Positions 28,324-38,071 of a DNA stretch of 64,000 bases are shown here, piece after piece. Position 1 is the first letter of the stretch; the number at the start of each line of letters is the position of its first letter. The notes beneath the pieces were generated by a model that was given only the letters and a program-made list of their open reading frames with translations, did no database searches and was not told the origin of the DNA. The stretch is from an uncultured Bacilli bacterium (lineage in GTDB: Bacteria; Bacillota_I; Bacilli_A; RF39; UBA660). A program made the position numbers and the translations under genes. The stretch lies in contig CAKPCB010000001.1 in assembly GCA_934141245.1 (NCBI GenBank), positions 21,259-85,258 of the forward strand. Reading direction: 5' to 3'.

Positions 28324-30570
28324 ATGAAATTTAGATTTAGAGCAGATTCACAAGATGTAATAATATTTGTAATATTTGTAATATTTTTATTATATGTAAT
28401 TTCACTTGGAGTAATTAATATACCAACATTAATTGGAGAAGGTCACTTTGTAGGACTAAATCCATTACCTGCTTTTTCAAAGGATAATATAACAGTAACT
28501 CTTGTTTTTTTCCTTTTGTTTTTAGGGGGAATAATAGCATCTGTTAGTTCATATTTCTTTGAGAGGGAAGAAGGTATTGGTTTTACAGTTGGTAAAAAAG
28601 ATAAGGGTTATTCTAGATGGGCTAAAGAAAAAGAAATTAAATCTGAATTAAAGTATGTTGATCCAACCGCACAAAAAACTAATGTTGGTGGAGTACCATT
28701 AATATTAAAAGATAATGAAATATGGGTAGATGATGGTGAATATCATAACTTAGTTATTGGTGCAACTGGTTCAGGTAAGACACAAACAGTAATTTTTCCA
28801 ACAGTTGAACTTTTAGCTAAAAACAGAGAATCAATGATTATAACTGACCCTAAGGGCGAAATATATGAAAATACCGCAAATATGCTTAGGGATAAGGGAT
28901 ATGAGATTTTATTACTTAACTTCCGTGATCCACAACAAGGTAATAGTTGGAATCCACTTACATTGCCATATGAAATTTATAAATCAGGAAATCAAGATAA
29001 AGCTATAGAGCTTTTGGATGACTTGGCTGCTAATATTTTGTATGAGGAAAACAATGGAAATGCAGATCCTTTTTGGGAAAAAACATCTGCGGACTATTTT
29101 TCTGGACTTGCACTAGGAATGTTTGAGGATGCAGAACCAGATCAAATAAATATAAATACAATAAGTTTAATGACAACCGTTGGTGAAGAAAAATGTGGCG
29201 GTTCAACATATGCTAAGGAGTATTTTAGTTATAAGGATCCAGAGTCTCCTGCTTATGTAAATGCAAGTGGTACAATTATGGCCCCAAGTGATACAAAGGG
29301 TAGTATTATTGCAGTATTTAAGCAAAAGATTAAACTTTTCGCATCACGTGAAAATTTGTCTGAAATGTTATCCTATAGTGATATAAATTTGGAATCTATT
29401 GGTGAGAAACCAACTGCTTTATTTATAGTAATACAAGATGAAAAAAAGACATATCATTCACTTGTTACAATTTTATTAAAGCAATGTTATGAAACACTTA
29501 TTAGTGTTGCACAAAAAAATGGTGGTAAATTACCTGTTAGAACAAACTTTTTGTTGGATGAGTTTGCAAATATGCCACCACTAAAAGATATTACAACAAT
29601 GATAACAGCTGCTCGTTCAAGAAGAATTAGGTTTACAATGATTATCCAAAACTTTGCGCAATTGGATCAAGTTTATGGGGATAAGAATGCTGAAACAATA
29701 CGTGGTAACTGTGGAAATATTATTTATCTTATTACAACAGAGTTAAAGGCTCTTGAGGAAATAAGTAAAATGTGTGGTGAAGTTAAATCTAAGAAAGATG
29801 ATAAAACAGCATCAACACCACTTGTTACTGTTTCGGATTTACAACGTATGAAGCAATTTGAAACAATAATTCTTAGAATACGTATGCAACCATTTAAAAC
29901 AAAATTTACACCTTATTATAAAATGAAATCTAAATTTGGAAAAGAATTTGCTAAAGCAGAATATCCTACTAGAGAAAAAAGAGAAGTAAAAGTATTTGAT
30001 ATCAGGAATTTTGTAAAGGCAAAAAAACAAGAGAAAATTAATAAAATGATGGAAGGTGGAGGTATGCCACCTAGTGGTGGAATGAACCCATTCGAATCAG
30101 GTATGCCACCAATATTTGGTGGAATGAATCCTCAAAGTATGAATGGTTCTATGCCAAGACAACGTCCACAATCTAATAGGATGCCAAATAATGATTTTAA
30201 TATTGAGGATTTAGTTAAAAAGATAGATGCAAAAATAGCTGAACTTGAAAATGAAGAAAAGCAAGAAAAAGAAAGAATAGAAAAAGATGAAAAGATAATA
30301 GAAGCTAAAATTGAATCTAAGCCAAAAGAGGTAACCGGTCCAAGAAATGAAGATATAAAAATTGATGAAAGACTTATGGAAGATAAGTTAAATAAAATAT
30401 TGAATAGTGATATAAGTAAGGTAAGTCAAGAAAAGGCATCCGAATTTAAACCAGTTAAAAAGGTAGAAGATGTAAAAGAAATTAAAGTTGAAAAGAATGA
30501 TAATCGTCCATCAATTAGTTTAGATGATATTAGTGAAGATAAATTCTTTGATGATTTCTTCGATGATTAA
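28324..30570 (+). CDS. VirD4/TraG-family type IV coupling protein (T4CP)
   Basis: Two N-terminal TM helices. Walker A VIGATGSGKTQTV. TraG/VirD4-like blocks ITDPKGE and FLLDEFANMP. Met/Pro/Gly-rich repeats and an acidic FFDDFFDD tail at the C-terminus. Confidence 0.85.
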   Translation: MKFRFRADSQDVIIFVIFVIFLLYVISLGVINIPTLIGEGHFVGLNPLPAFSKDNITVTLVFFLLFLGGIIASVSSYFFEREEGIGFTVGKKDKGYSRWAKEKEIKSELKYVDPTAQKTNVGGVPLILKDNEIWVDDGEYHNLVIGATGSGKTQTVIFPTVELLAKNRESMIITDPKGEIYENTANMLRDKGYEILLLNFRDPQQGNSWNPLTLPYEIYKSGNQDKAIELLDDLAANILYEENNGNADPFWEKTSADYFSGLALGMFEDAEPDQININTISLMTTVGEEKCGGSTYAKEYFSYKDPESPAYVNASGTIMAPSDTKGSIIAVFKQKIKLFASRENLSEMLSYSDINLESIGEKPTALFIVIQDEKKTYHSLVTILLKQCYETLISVAQKNGGKLPVRTNFLLDEFANMPPLKDITTMITAARSRRIRFTMIIQNFAQLDQVYGDKNAETIRGNCGNIIYLITTELKALEEISKMCGEVKSKKDDKTASTPLVTVSDLQRMKQFETIILRIRMQPFKTKFTPYYKMKSKFGKEFAKAEYPTREKREVKVFDIRNFVKAKKQEKINKMMEGGGMPPSGGMNPFESGMPPIFGGMNPQSMNGSMPRQRPQSNRMPNNDFNIEDLVKKIDAKIAELENEEKQEKERIEKDEKIIEAKIESKPKEVTGPRNEDIKIDERLMEDKLNKILNSDISKVSQEKASEFKPVKKVEDVKEIKVEKNDNRPSISLDDISEDKFFDDFFDD

Positions 30571-30584
30571 AGGAAAAATTTCAC

Positions 30585-31061
30585 ATGTTTTTTAATGGAA
30601 TTGTTCTTCGAATAATAATATTTATATCAATTATATTTTTTGCTTTTATTAGTTGCACTAGTTTAGATAAAACTATAGAAAAACAAATAGGTATTGATGT
30701 TAGCAAGTGTACTATATCTGAAGAAAAAGATACACATGGCGGATTTCTTGGTGATGGTGATTATTATGCAATATTTGATTGCTCTAAAAATAAGGACTAT
30801 ATCTTAGAACATTTAAATACATGGAATAAGTTGCCATTATCTAAAAATATTGAATTTGCTGTATCTAAATATACTGATATTGATATTTCCAAAATTAATA
30901 ATGGCTATTATTACTTTATTGATAGGTATGCCGTTGAATATAAAGATATAAAAGATATTCACAGTGATGAAAAACTTCTTGATAGATATGCTTTTAATTT
31001 TACAATAGCTATATATGATAGTGATACTAATATGCTTCATTATTATGAACTTGACACATAA
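30585..31061 (+). CDS. Small putative lipoprotein (hypothetical)
   Basis: 158 aa, N-terminal hydrophobic segment ending AFISC (lipobox-like). RBS AAAGGAAAA. Confidence 0.5.
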   Translation: MFFNGIVLRIIIFISIIFFAFISCTSLDKTIEKQIGIDVSKCTISEEKDTHGGFLGDGDYYAIFDCSKNKDYILEHLNTWNKLPLSKNIEFAVSKYTDIDISKINNGYYYFIDRYAVEYKDIKDIHSDEKLLDRYAFNFTIAIYDSDTNMLHYYELDT

Positions 31062-31085
31062 AAACCACCATTAAGGCGGTTTTTT
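31058..31085. terminator. Putative bidirectional terminator between convergent genes
   Basis: aaaccacc...ggcggttt hairpin flanked by A-run/T-run, between the stop of the 30585-31061 gene and the stop of the minus-strand regulator. Confidence 0.45.
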
Positions 31086-32817
31086 AATTTTCATTTACTA
31101 ATGGAGTAAAATTAGATATTGCATTAATTAATTTTGGATGTTTAATTATAAAATGTATAATTGGATCTCCACTCTTTGAAATTATAACACTATTATTTTC
31201 AATAATAGATATTGAAATGTTTTTAAATGTTTTATTGCTACTAGTTATTAATTTATAATGATTATTATTAAGTTGATAGTTTTTTGTAGATTTTAAATGT
31301 AATATATATTCATCATAATTATAGTTTATTTTTTTATTATAAAATATATCTTCTAAAGATAAACTAAGCGGTTCTAAATTAAATTCATCCTTGGTTGGTA
31401 TATATATATTATCAGTAATTATATTTGTTTCAAGTATTTCATTTATGCATTTTTCATTTTCATTCTTATAATTAAGTATTTTCTTTATATCTTCTTTTGA
31501 AATTTTATTTCTCTTTAGTATTTTTATAAGAAGTTCATTATCAATTGTAAATAGTGGTAAAGAATTTAGAAATCTTTTTCTATTAGCATCAATACTATTG
31601 TTTTTTTGCAAAGCAAAACTAAATTTAATTGAATCATTTTCTCTATAAATTTCCATTAATGGACTGGCATTTTTAAGCATAAATTGTGCTTTTTCTTTAT
31701 AATAAGCTATTTCCTTACTATTACTAGATAAATAATACATTCCATTACTATGATGATTTTTAATACATTCACCAGTTAAAGCAGCAACTCCAGAAACATA
31801 ATTAAAGTGATGATAAATACTATTTTTAACTTCTTTTAAATAAAATGGTGAAACCTGACCAGTCATATAAATTGGTAACCAACTTTCAAGACCAAGCATC
31901 ATTTCATTAAATGGTCTATCCAAGTTATGAATTATATTTAGATGTAATCCTTTTTTTAGACACATTGCTATTGCAAACATCCATTTTTTTCCAAATTCAA
32001 CATCCTTTGCCATATCTTCCATTGGCATATCACTACACATAAAAATGTCCTCTTTAGATTTTGATAAAACAGTTGCTTTAAAAAAGTCTAATTCTCCGTT
32101 TTTCATTTCTTCAATACCATAATATCGTTTAGATTTAATTATATAAAATGGAATATTAGGAACTTTGAGTTTATCAAATTTAATTGCTTTTATGTAATCA
32201 TTTAAATCAAATTTATCTAAATTGTCTAAAAAATCATTTATATAATTTTTCTTATTTGAATTATTAGCACTAGTTAACCATTTAAATAGAAAATTAAATA
32301 AATCAGTATTTGTTGAAATATTGCTATTAGCCTCTATTATATTTAAAAGTGCCTCTCTTTTTTCAGGATCATTATATTTTAGAACAATGTAATTGCATAT
32401 TTTCTTAGAAAATTCAATTGGTTCAGATGGTCTTGATTTTCCATATCTTATTCTTGAAATATGTGATGCATCAAATATAATATGTTTTGACATTTCTCTT
32501 ATATTTATATTTAAAAGAGTTATTAAAGTATTTAAATTGTTACTAAAACTTGTATAGTCAAATTGTTCATTTACATTTATAGAGTTTTTAAGCTCATTCA
32601 TTATTTCTTCTTTTGTGTAATTAACACCCTTATCAATAGATATCTCAAAGATTGCATTTGCAATTTTTTCTAATTGAATGCTTTCAATTCTAGGAGTTCT
32701 TTCACCATTTCTATATCTACTTATAACAGCTTGAGAAATATGGGATTTATTTGATAAGTCTTTAGGCGAACAATTAAGTTCATTTAAGTAAAAATTTAGT
32801 TTTTTATTAAAGTTCAT
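31084..32817 (-). CDS. Large transcriptional regulator with two N-terminal XRE-type HTH domains
   Basis: 577 aa. The first HTH is LNFYLNELNCSPKDLSNKSHISQAVISRYRNGERTP and the second is LNTLITLLNINIREMSKHIIFDASHISRIRYGKSRP. A ~430 aa C-terminal domain of unknown family follows. It is divergently transcribed from the 32934-35987 operon. Confidence 0.7.
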   Translation of the reverse strand: MNFNKKLNFYLNELNCSPKDLSNKSHISQAVISRYRNGERTPRIESIQLEKIANAIFEISIDKGVNYTKEEIMNELKNSINVNEQFDYTSFSNNLNTLITLLNINIREMSKHIIFDASHISRIRYGKSRPSEPIEFSKKICNYIVLKYNDPEKREALLNIIEANSNISTNTDLFNFLFKWLTSANNSNKKNYINDFLDNLDKFDLNDYIKAIKFDKLKVPNIPFYIIKSKRYYGIEEMKNGELDFFKATVLSKSKEDIFMCSDMPMEDMAKDVEFGKKWMFAIAMCLKKGLHLNIIHNLDRPFNEMMLGLESWLPIYMTGQVSPFYLKEVKNSIYHHFNYVSGVAALTGECIKNHHSNGMYYLSSNSKEIAYYKEKAQFMLKNASPLMEIYRENDSIKFSFALQKNNSIDANRKRFLNSLPLFTIDNELLIKILKRNKISKEDIKKILNYKNENEKCINEILETNIITDNIYIPTKDEFNLEPLSLSLEDIFYNKKINYNYDEYILHLKSTKNYQLNNNHYKLITSSNKTFKNISISIIENNSVIISKSGDPIIHFIIKHPKLINAISNFTPLVNEN

Positions 32818-32933
32818 TAAGAATCACTCCCTAGTTAATTATAACAGTAATTGTCATTGAAAGCAATGATTTAAATGGTAAGTGGATTGTTATATATCAT
32901 ATTTTTAATTATAATTAAATAAGGATAAGTGAG

Positions 32934-34034
32934 GTGTATTTATTGAAAACAGTATTTTCAAAATATAAAAATTATATATTTGGATTAATAATTTTGTTAA
33001 TTATTATTGGATTGGCCATTGCATTTTCTAAAAAAGATTTTATTAAAACTGGTACTGATAAAAAAGTAAGAATACGAAAAAGTGAAGTAGCAGAGTTAAA
33101 ATTGGAAGAATATAAAAATGATGTATTTTCAATGAAAAGGCCTAAAGGATGGCAGGTAGAATCTGGTGGAGCGGGAATATATTATGCGATTAGGGCATAT
33201 GATCCTGCTGATACAAATAATGGAATATTTTTGATGTTAAAAATGCAACCATTATTAAAAAATAATGCTGCAAAGAAACAATGGCAAGATTACTATAAAT
33301 TGGCAGGTGAACAGTATAAACTATTTGCAGATGCTGTTGTATTAAATAATGCAACTACTGAAGGATTTTACCAAAAGTTTAATGACATCACTACTTATAT
33401 GAATAATATTGAATCAACACTAGCAACTTTTAAATTCCCAAAATATACAAATTTTACTGTGAATGAAAAGTTTGAGAGTTCTGCATCTATGAAGGCACAT
33501 GCAATAGATAGTAAAGTATTAAGAGCAACATTTACTGGTGATAATAATAAAGATGGTGAAGGATTGTTCATGGCTTCAGTAGTTAATTTTGGTAATCAGT
33601 ATACCAATGGTATAGATATTCTTTATTACATGGTATATGACATAATGGCTATTACTTCTAATAAAGATATGTTTATTAATTATGAAGATATTTTGACTAA
33701 GTGTATTAATTCAATTGAATTTACTGATAGCTATGTTAAAAAAACTATTGATGATGGAAATGCTCAAACAAAAAGAGCATTGGAACTAAATGCATCAGTT
33801 CAAAAAGCATTTGATTCGTATATGAGTGCATGGGAAAGCAGAAATAAAACATATGACATTATGAGTCAAAAACAAAGTGATGCAACTCTTGGATACGAAA
33901 GAGTATATGATACAGATACTGGAGAAGTCTATAAAGCATATAATGGATTTACGGATGACTATGATGGTTCAAAATATAAGAGTATAACAGATGATATGTA
34001 TACAACAGGAATATCTGGTTATATTGAAAAATAG
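32934..34034 (+). CDS. N-terminally membrane-anchored extracytoplasmic protein (hypothetical)
   Basis: GTG start, TM IFGLIILLIIIGLAIAF, then a ~330 aa hydrophilic domain. Confidence 0.55.
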   Translation: MYLLKTVFSKYKNYIFGLIILLIIIGLAIAFSKKDFIKTGTDKKVRIRKSEVAELKLEEYKNDVFSMKRPKGWQVESGGAGIYYAIRAYDPADTNNGIFLMLKMQPLLKNNAAKKQWQDYYKLAGEQYKLFADAVVLNNATTEGFYQKFNDITTYMNNIESTLATFKFPKYTNFTVNEKFESSASMKAHAIDSKVLRATFTGDNNKDGEGLFMASVVNFGNQYTNGIDILYYMVYDIMAITSNKDMFINYEDILTKCINSIEFTDSYVKKTIDDGNAQTKRALELNASVQKAFDSYMSAWESRNKTYDIMSQKQSDATLGYERVYDTDTGEVYKAYNGFTDDYDGSKYKSITDDMYTTGISGYIEK

Positions 34035-34057
34035 ATAGTTATGTAAAGGAGAAATTT

Positions 34058-34801
34058 ATGGCATTAATAAAATGCCCCGAATGTGGGCATAAAATAAGTG
34101 ATCAATGTGATAGATGTCCACATTGTGGTTATGAAGTAAATAAAAAGACATCAGATAAAATTACTGATAAGGTTAATGAAACATTAAAAAATAAAAATTT
34201 TAACTCTAAATATTTACTAATTATAGCAGTTGTTGTTATAGCATTTTTAGTGTTATTCAATCAAAAAGGTAGTAATTCAAATAATAATCAAAATAACAAT
34301 CAAAATCCACAACAAAATCAAAATAATAATGTTACGCCTTCTACTAATAATGGATATTCTATTTATAAAGATAGTAGTATGGGTGTTTCATTTGAAATAC
34401 CTAATAATTATAAGGTATTTAATGATGGTCAAGAAAATATATATGTTGGTCAAAATATAGACCAGCAGGGTGCTTTAATTCCGTATATCATTATTAATAG
34501 ATATACTAAATATAGTAATGCTGTGCAACTTTTAAATGATTTTACTGATTCATTAAGAAGTCAATATGGTGATGTAAAAATAACTATTAATTTAACTTCA
34601 GCTTATATTGGAAATAACTTAGTCTATGGAATTTGCTATAATTATACATCTAGTGGTCATTTAGTTGTTGATAATAGATATGCTGTAGCAATAAACAATA
34701 AATTGTATATGATTGGTACAAGAGAAGAAAATGTAAATACTCAAGAAATAAACAATGTAACACGTCACATCTTAGAAACATTAAAAGAAGGAGGTAATTA
34801 A
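34058..34801 (+). CDS. Zinc-ribbon / single-TM / extracytoplasmic domain protein
   Basis: MALIKCPECGHKIS...CDRCPHCG zinc ribbon, TM YLLIIAVVVIAFLVLF, and an Asn/Gln-rich linker. The N-terminus is paralogous to the next gene. Confidence 0.6.
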   Translation: MALIKCPECGHKISDQCDRCPHCGYEVNKKTSDKITDKVNETLKNKNFNSKYLLIIAVVVIAFLVLFNQKGSNSNNNQNNNQNPQQNQNNNVTPSTNNGYSIYKDSSMGVSFEIPNNYKVFNDGQENIYVGQNIDQQGALIPYIIINRYTKYSNAVQLLNDFTDSLRSQYGDVKITINLTSAYIGNNLVYGICYNYTSSGHLVVDNRYAVAINNKLYMIGTREENVNTQEINNVTRHILETLKEGGN

Positions 34802-34802
34802 T

Positions 34803-35987
34803 ATGGCTTTAATTAAATGTAGTGAATGTGGTAAGGAAGTATCATCTAGTGCTAAAACATGTCCACATTGTGGTATAAAAATTAATTCACAAACTTGCCC
34901 TGAATGTGGAAAAAAGTTAAAAGGTGATGAGACAAATTGTCCTGAGTGTGGATTTCCACTTGTGAAAAAGTCTTCAACAAATATAATAACTGAAAACTTA
35001 GATAAAATTACAGGTGCTAAATCTAAAAGTTATGTCACATTTAAAGATTTATTTAAAAATACTTTTAAAAAACATACAGATGAAGAATTAGATGAAGTGT
35101 TTGTATGCGGTTCAAAGGAAACAACTCCTGATTTAAAAAATGTTAATCCAAATAAAGCAACTGCATGGGTATATTTTAAAATTCTTGTTTTCTTCATAAT
35201 TGCTTATATTCCAACATATTTAGGATATGTACAGTATCAAAATAATAACTTTTTACCAAATATGATAATATTAGCAGCTTTTGCTGTACCTGTTACAGTA
35301 CTTGTATTTTTCTTTGAAATTAATATATTTAGAAATATACCATTTTATAAAGTGTTAAAATACTTTATTATAGGTGGCGGATTATCTTTATTTGTAGCTA
35401 TTTTGTATTTTTCAATTCCTTTCTTTGAACAAAGAACTGCAGTATTAGATTTTGAAGGGGCTTTCTTTGTAGGATTAATTGAAGAAACAGCTAAAGCTTG
35501 TATTATTGCTTTCTTCTTATTTAGAAATAAAAAGTGTAAATATATATTGAATGGATTACTAATTGGTGCTGCTGTAGGAGCAGGTTTTGGTGCATTTGAA
35601 ACAGCAGGATACATATTAAGATATGGACTTAGCAGTAATAGTTTGACTCAAATGTTAGAGGTCGCAAAATGGCGTGCATTATTAGCACCTGGTATGCATG
35701 TGGCTTGGGCTACTATTGAAGGTGCAGCATTAATGTATGTTAAGGGATTTGAAAAATTAGATAAAAAACATTTAAATGATAAGAGATTCTTACTAATATG
35801 TTTAATTCCAATAGTACTACACTGGGCATGGGATTTGCCAATTTCAACACCTTTTGAAATATATAGAATTGGTTTAACTGTTGCAGCTTGGGTAGTAATT
35901 ATATATTTTATAAATTTAGGCTTGAAGCAAATAGATGATGCAAAAGAATTAGAAAAGTCAAAATCAAAGGAACCGGCAAAAAGCTAG
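34803..35987 (+). CDS. PrsW-family intramembrane protease with N-terminal tandem zinc ribbons
   Basis: MALIKCSECGKEV...CPHCG, then CPECGKKL...CPECG (two ribbons). The polytopic domain carries GLIEETAKACIIAFFLF (the EExxK motif of PrsW/CPBP-like proteases) and conserved His in HVAWATIEG and LHWAWD. Confidence 0.65.
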   Translation: MALIKCSECGKEVSSSAKTCPHCGIKINSQTCPECGKKLKGDETNCPECGFPLVKKSSTNIITENLDKITGAKSKSYVTFKDLFKNTFKKHTDEELDEVFVCGSKETTPDLKNVNPNKATAWVYFKILVFFIIAYIPTYLGYVQYQNNNFLPNMIILAAFAVPVTVLVFFFEINIFRNIPFYKVLKYFIIGGGLSLFVAILYFSIPFFEQRTAVLDFEGAFFVGLIEETAKACIIAFFLFRNKKCKYILNGLLIGAAVGAGFGAFETAGYILRYGLSSNSLTQMLEVAKWRALLAPGMHVAWATIEGAALMYVKGFEKLDKKHLNDKRFLLICLIPIVLHWAWDLPISTPFEIYRIGLTVAAWVVIIYFINLGLKQIDDAKELEKSKSKEPAKS

Positions 35988-36078
35988 TTCTTTTTTTATG
36001 ACCTGTTTTTAAATATAATTTTTTTTAATTTTTCTTCTTTTAACGAACTATTACTCGTATATTTATATAGGTGATACT

Positions 36079-37986
36079 ATGTTTTTTAAAAAAATAGATA
36101 TGCGTATTAAAATTGTTTTGGTTGCACTTATTATTATGTTTGTAGTAATTATACTTAAAGTTGCATATATACAGCTTATTGACTATGGCAAATTAAAAAA
36201 ACTTGCTGATGATTTATGGAGTAGAAATCTCCCAATTGCGGCAAATAGGGGTGTAATAACAGATAGAAATGGTATTGTGTTGGCGGATAATATAACTACG
36301 ACATCATTAGTTTTAATACCAAATCAAATTAAAAATCCAGATGATGTATCTGAAAAACTATCAAAAATACTAGGCGTTACAAAAGAAGAAATGGATAAAC
36401 ATGTAAAAAAGAAAACATCTATAGAAAGAGTTCATCCAGAGGGGAGACAGTTATCATATGAGGTTGCAGATAAAATAGAGGCTTTAAAGCTTGATGGTGT
36501 TTATTTAGTTAAGGAGTCTAAAAGATATTACCCATATGATAAAACATTGTCTCATGTACTTGGTTATGTAGGAATTGATAATCAAGGATTATCTGGAATA
36601 GAACTTCAATATGATAAGTACTTAACAGGTGAAGCTGGGGCGATAAAATATTTTTCAGATGCAAAAGGTAATAAATTAGAGTTATCAGATGTATATGTAA
36701 AGCCACAAGATGGTATGAACATACAATTAACAATAGATTATAATATTCAAAAATCATTGGAAAGAGAGCTTGATAATGTTACTGATATGTTTGATCCCAA
36801 TATGGCTTTAGCTATAGTGATGGATCCTAATACAGGTGAAGTTTTAGCAATGAGTTCTAGACCTAATTATGATCCAAATAATTATAAGAATTATACTATG
36901 GAGGAATTAAGTAGAAATTTACCAATTTGGGCATCATATGAACCTGGTAGTACGTTTAAGATAATAACAACTGCTGCATCGGTTGAAGAAAAAATAATTG
37001 ACTTAGAAAAGGATACATTTTTTGATTCTGGTTCTGTAATAGTAAGTGGTGCTAGAATTGGTTGCTGGAAAGCTGGTGGACATGGACAACAAACATTTTT
37101 ACAGGTGTTTGAGAATTCATGTAACCCAGGATTTGTAAAAATGGGGTTGACTTTAGGAAAAAATAAATTGTTTTCTTACTTAGATTTATTTGGTTTTGGC
37201 AAAAAAACAGGAATAGATCTAAATGGAGAAGGAACTGGTATAATATTTAATCTAGATAAAGTAAAAGATTTGGAGCTTGCAACAACAGCATTTGGTCAAG
37301 GGGTGAGTGTTACACCAATTCAACAAGCAACTGCAGTTAGTGCAGTTGTAAATGGAGGTAAGCTTTACACACCGTATATTGTTAAAAGCTTTTCTGAACC
37401 TGAGACAAACACTATTTTGAAAGAAAATAAACCTAAACTTGTAAGAAATACAATTAGTGAGGGAACATCAAAAACTATGAGATATGCTTTGGAAAGTGTT
37501 GTTGCAAGAGGTGGTGGAAAATATGCATATATTGATGGCTATAGAGTTGGTGGAAAAACAGGTACTGCACAAAAAGTTCAAAATGGAAAATATCTTGTAA
37601 ATAATTATATAATGAGTTTTATGGCCGTTGTTCCTGCAAATAATCCAAAAGCAGTTCTATATATAGCAATTGATAATCCTAAAAATACAGCACTTTTATC
37701 AAGTTATACAACAGCACCTGTTGCAAGAAGAATATTACTTGATATAATTGATGCACTAAATATAGAAAAACAAGAGGGAGGAATTGAAAAGGTTCATCAA
37801 TGGACTGATCCAAATTATGTTTATGTTTCAAATGTCATTGGTTTAACTGCAAAGGAAGCATCTAGAAAACTATATCCATTAAATGTAGAATATTCTGGTA
37901 CTGGTGATAAAGTTGTAGAACAATCACCATCAGCAGGTACAAAAGTTGAATCAACTTCTACTGTAAGGTTAATGCTAGGAAAGTAA
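36079..37986 (+). CDS. Class B penicillin-binding protein (FtsI/SpoVD-like transpeptidase with C-terminal PASTA domain)
   Basis: N-terminal TM. SxxK (GSTFKIIT), SxN (ENSCNPGF) and KTG (GGKTGTA) motifs. PASTA-like C-terminus (VIGLTAKEASRKL...VESTSTVRLMLGK). It lies immediately upstream of mraY. Confidence 0.85.
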   Translation: MFFKKIDMRIKIVLVALIIMFVVIILKVAYIQLIDYGKLKKLADDLWSRNLPIAANRGVITDRNGIVLADNITTTSLVLIPNQIKNPDDVSEKLSKILGVTKEEMDKHVKKKTSIERVHPEGRQLSYEVADKIEALKLDGVYLVKESKRYYPYDKTLSHVLGYVGIDNQGLSGIELQYDKYLTGEAGAIKYFSDAKGNKLELSDVYVKPQDGMNIQLTIDYNIQKSLERELDNVTDMFDPNMALAIVMDPNTGEVLAMSSRPNYDPNNYKNYTMEELSRNLPIWASYEPGSTFKIITTAASVEEKIIDLEKDTFFDSGSVIVSGARIGCWKAGGHGQQTFLQVFENSCNPGFVKMGLTLGKNKLFSYLDLFGFGKKTGIDLNGEGTGIIFNLDKVKDLELATTAFGQGVSVTPIQQATAVSAVVNGGKLYTPYIVKSFSEPETNTILKENKPKLVRNTISEGTSKTMRYALESVVARGGGKYAYIDGYRVGGKTGTAQKVQNGKYLVNNYIMSFMAVVPANNPKAVLYIAIDNPKNTALLSSYTTAPVARRILLDIIDALNIEKQEGGIEKVHQWTDPNYVYVSNVIGLTAKEASRKLYPLNVEYSGTGDKVVEQSPSAGTKVESTSTVRLMLGK

Positions 37987-38071
37987 AGTAAGATGTAAAA
38001 AAGTAAACAATTATCAAATTTTTAGACAAAAATTCATATATTTATAGTATAATGTATATTACAGATTTGGA

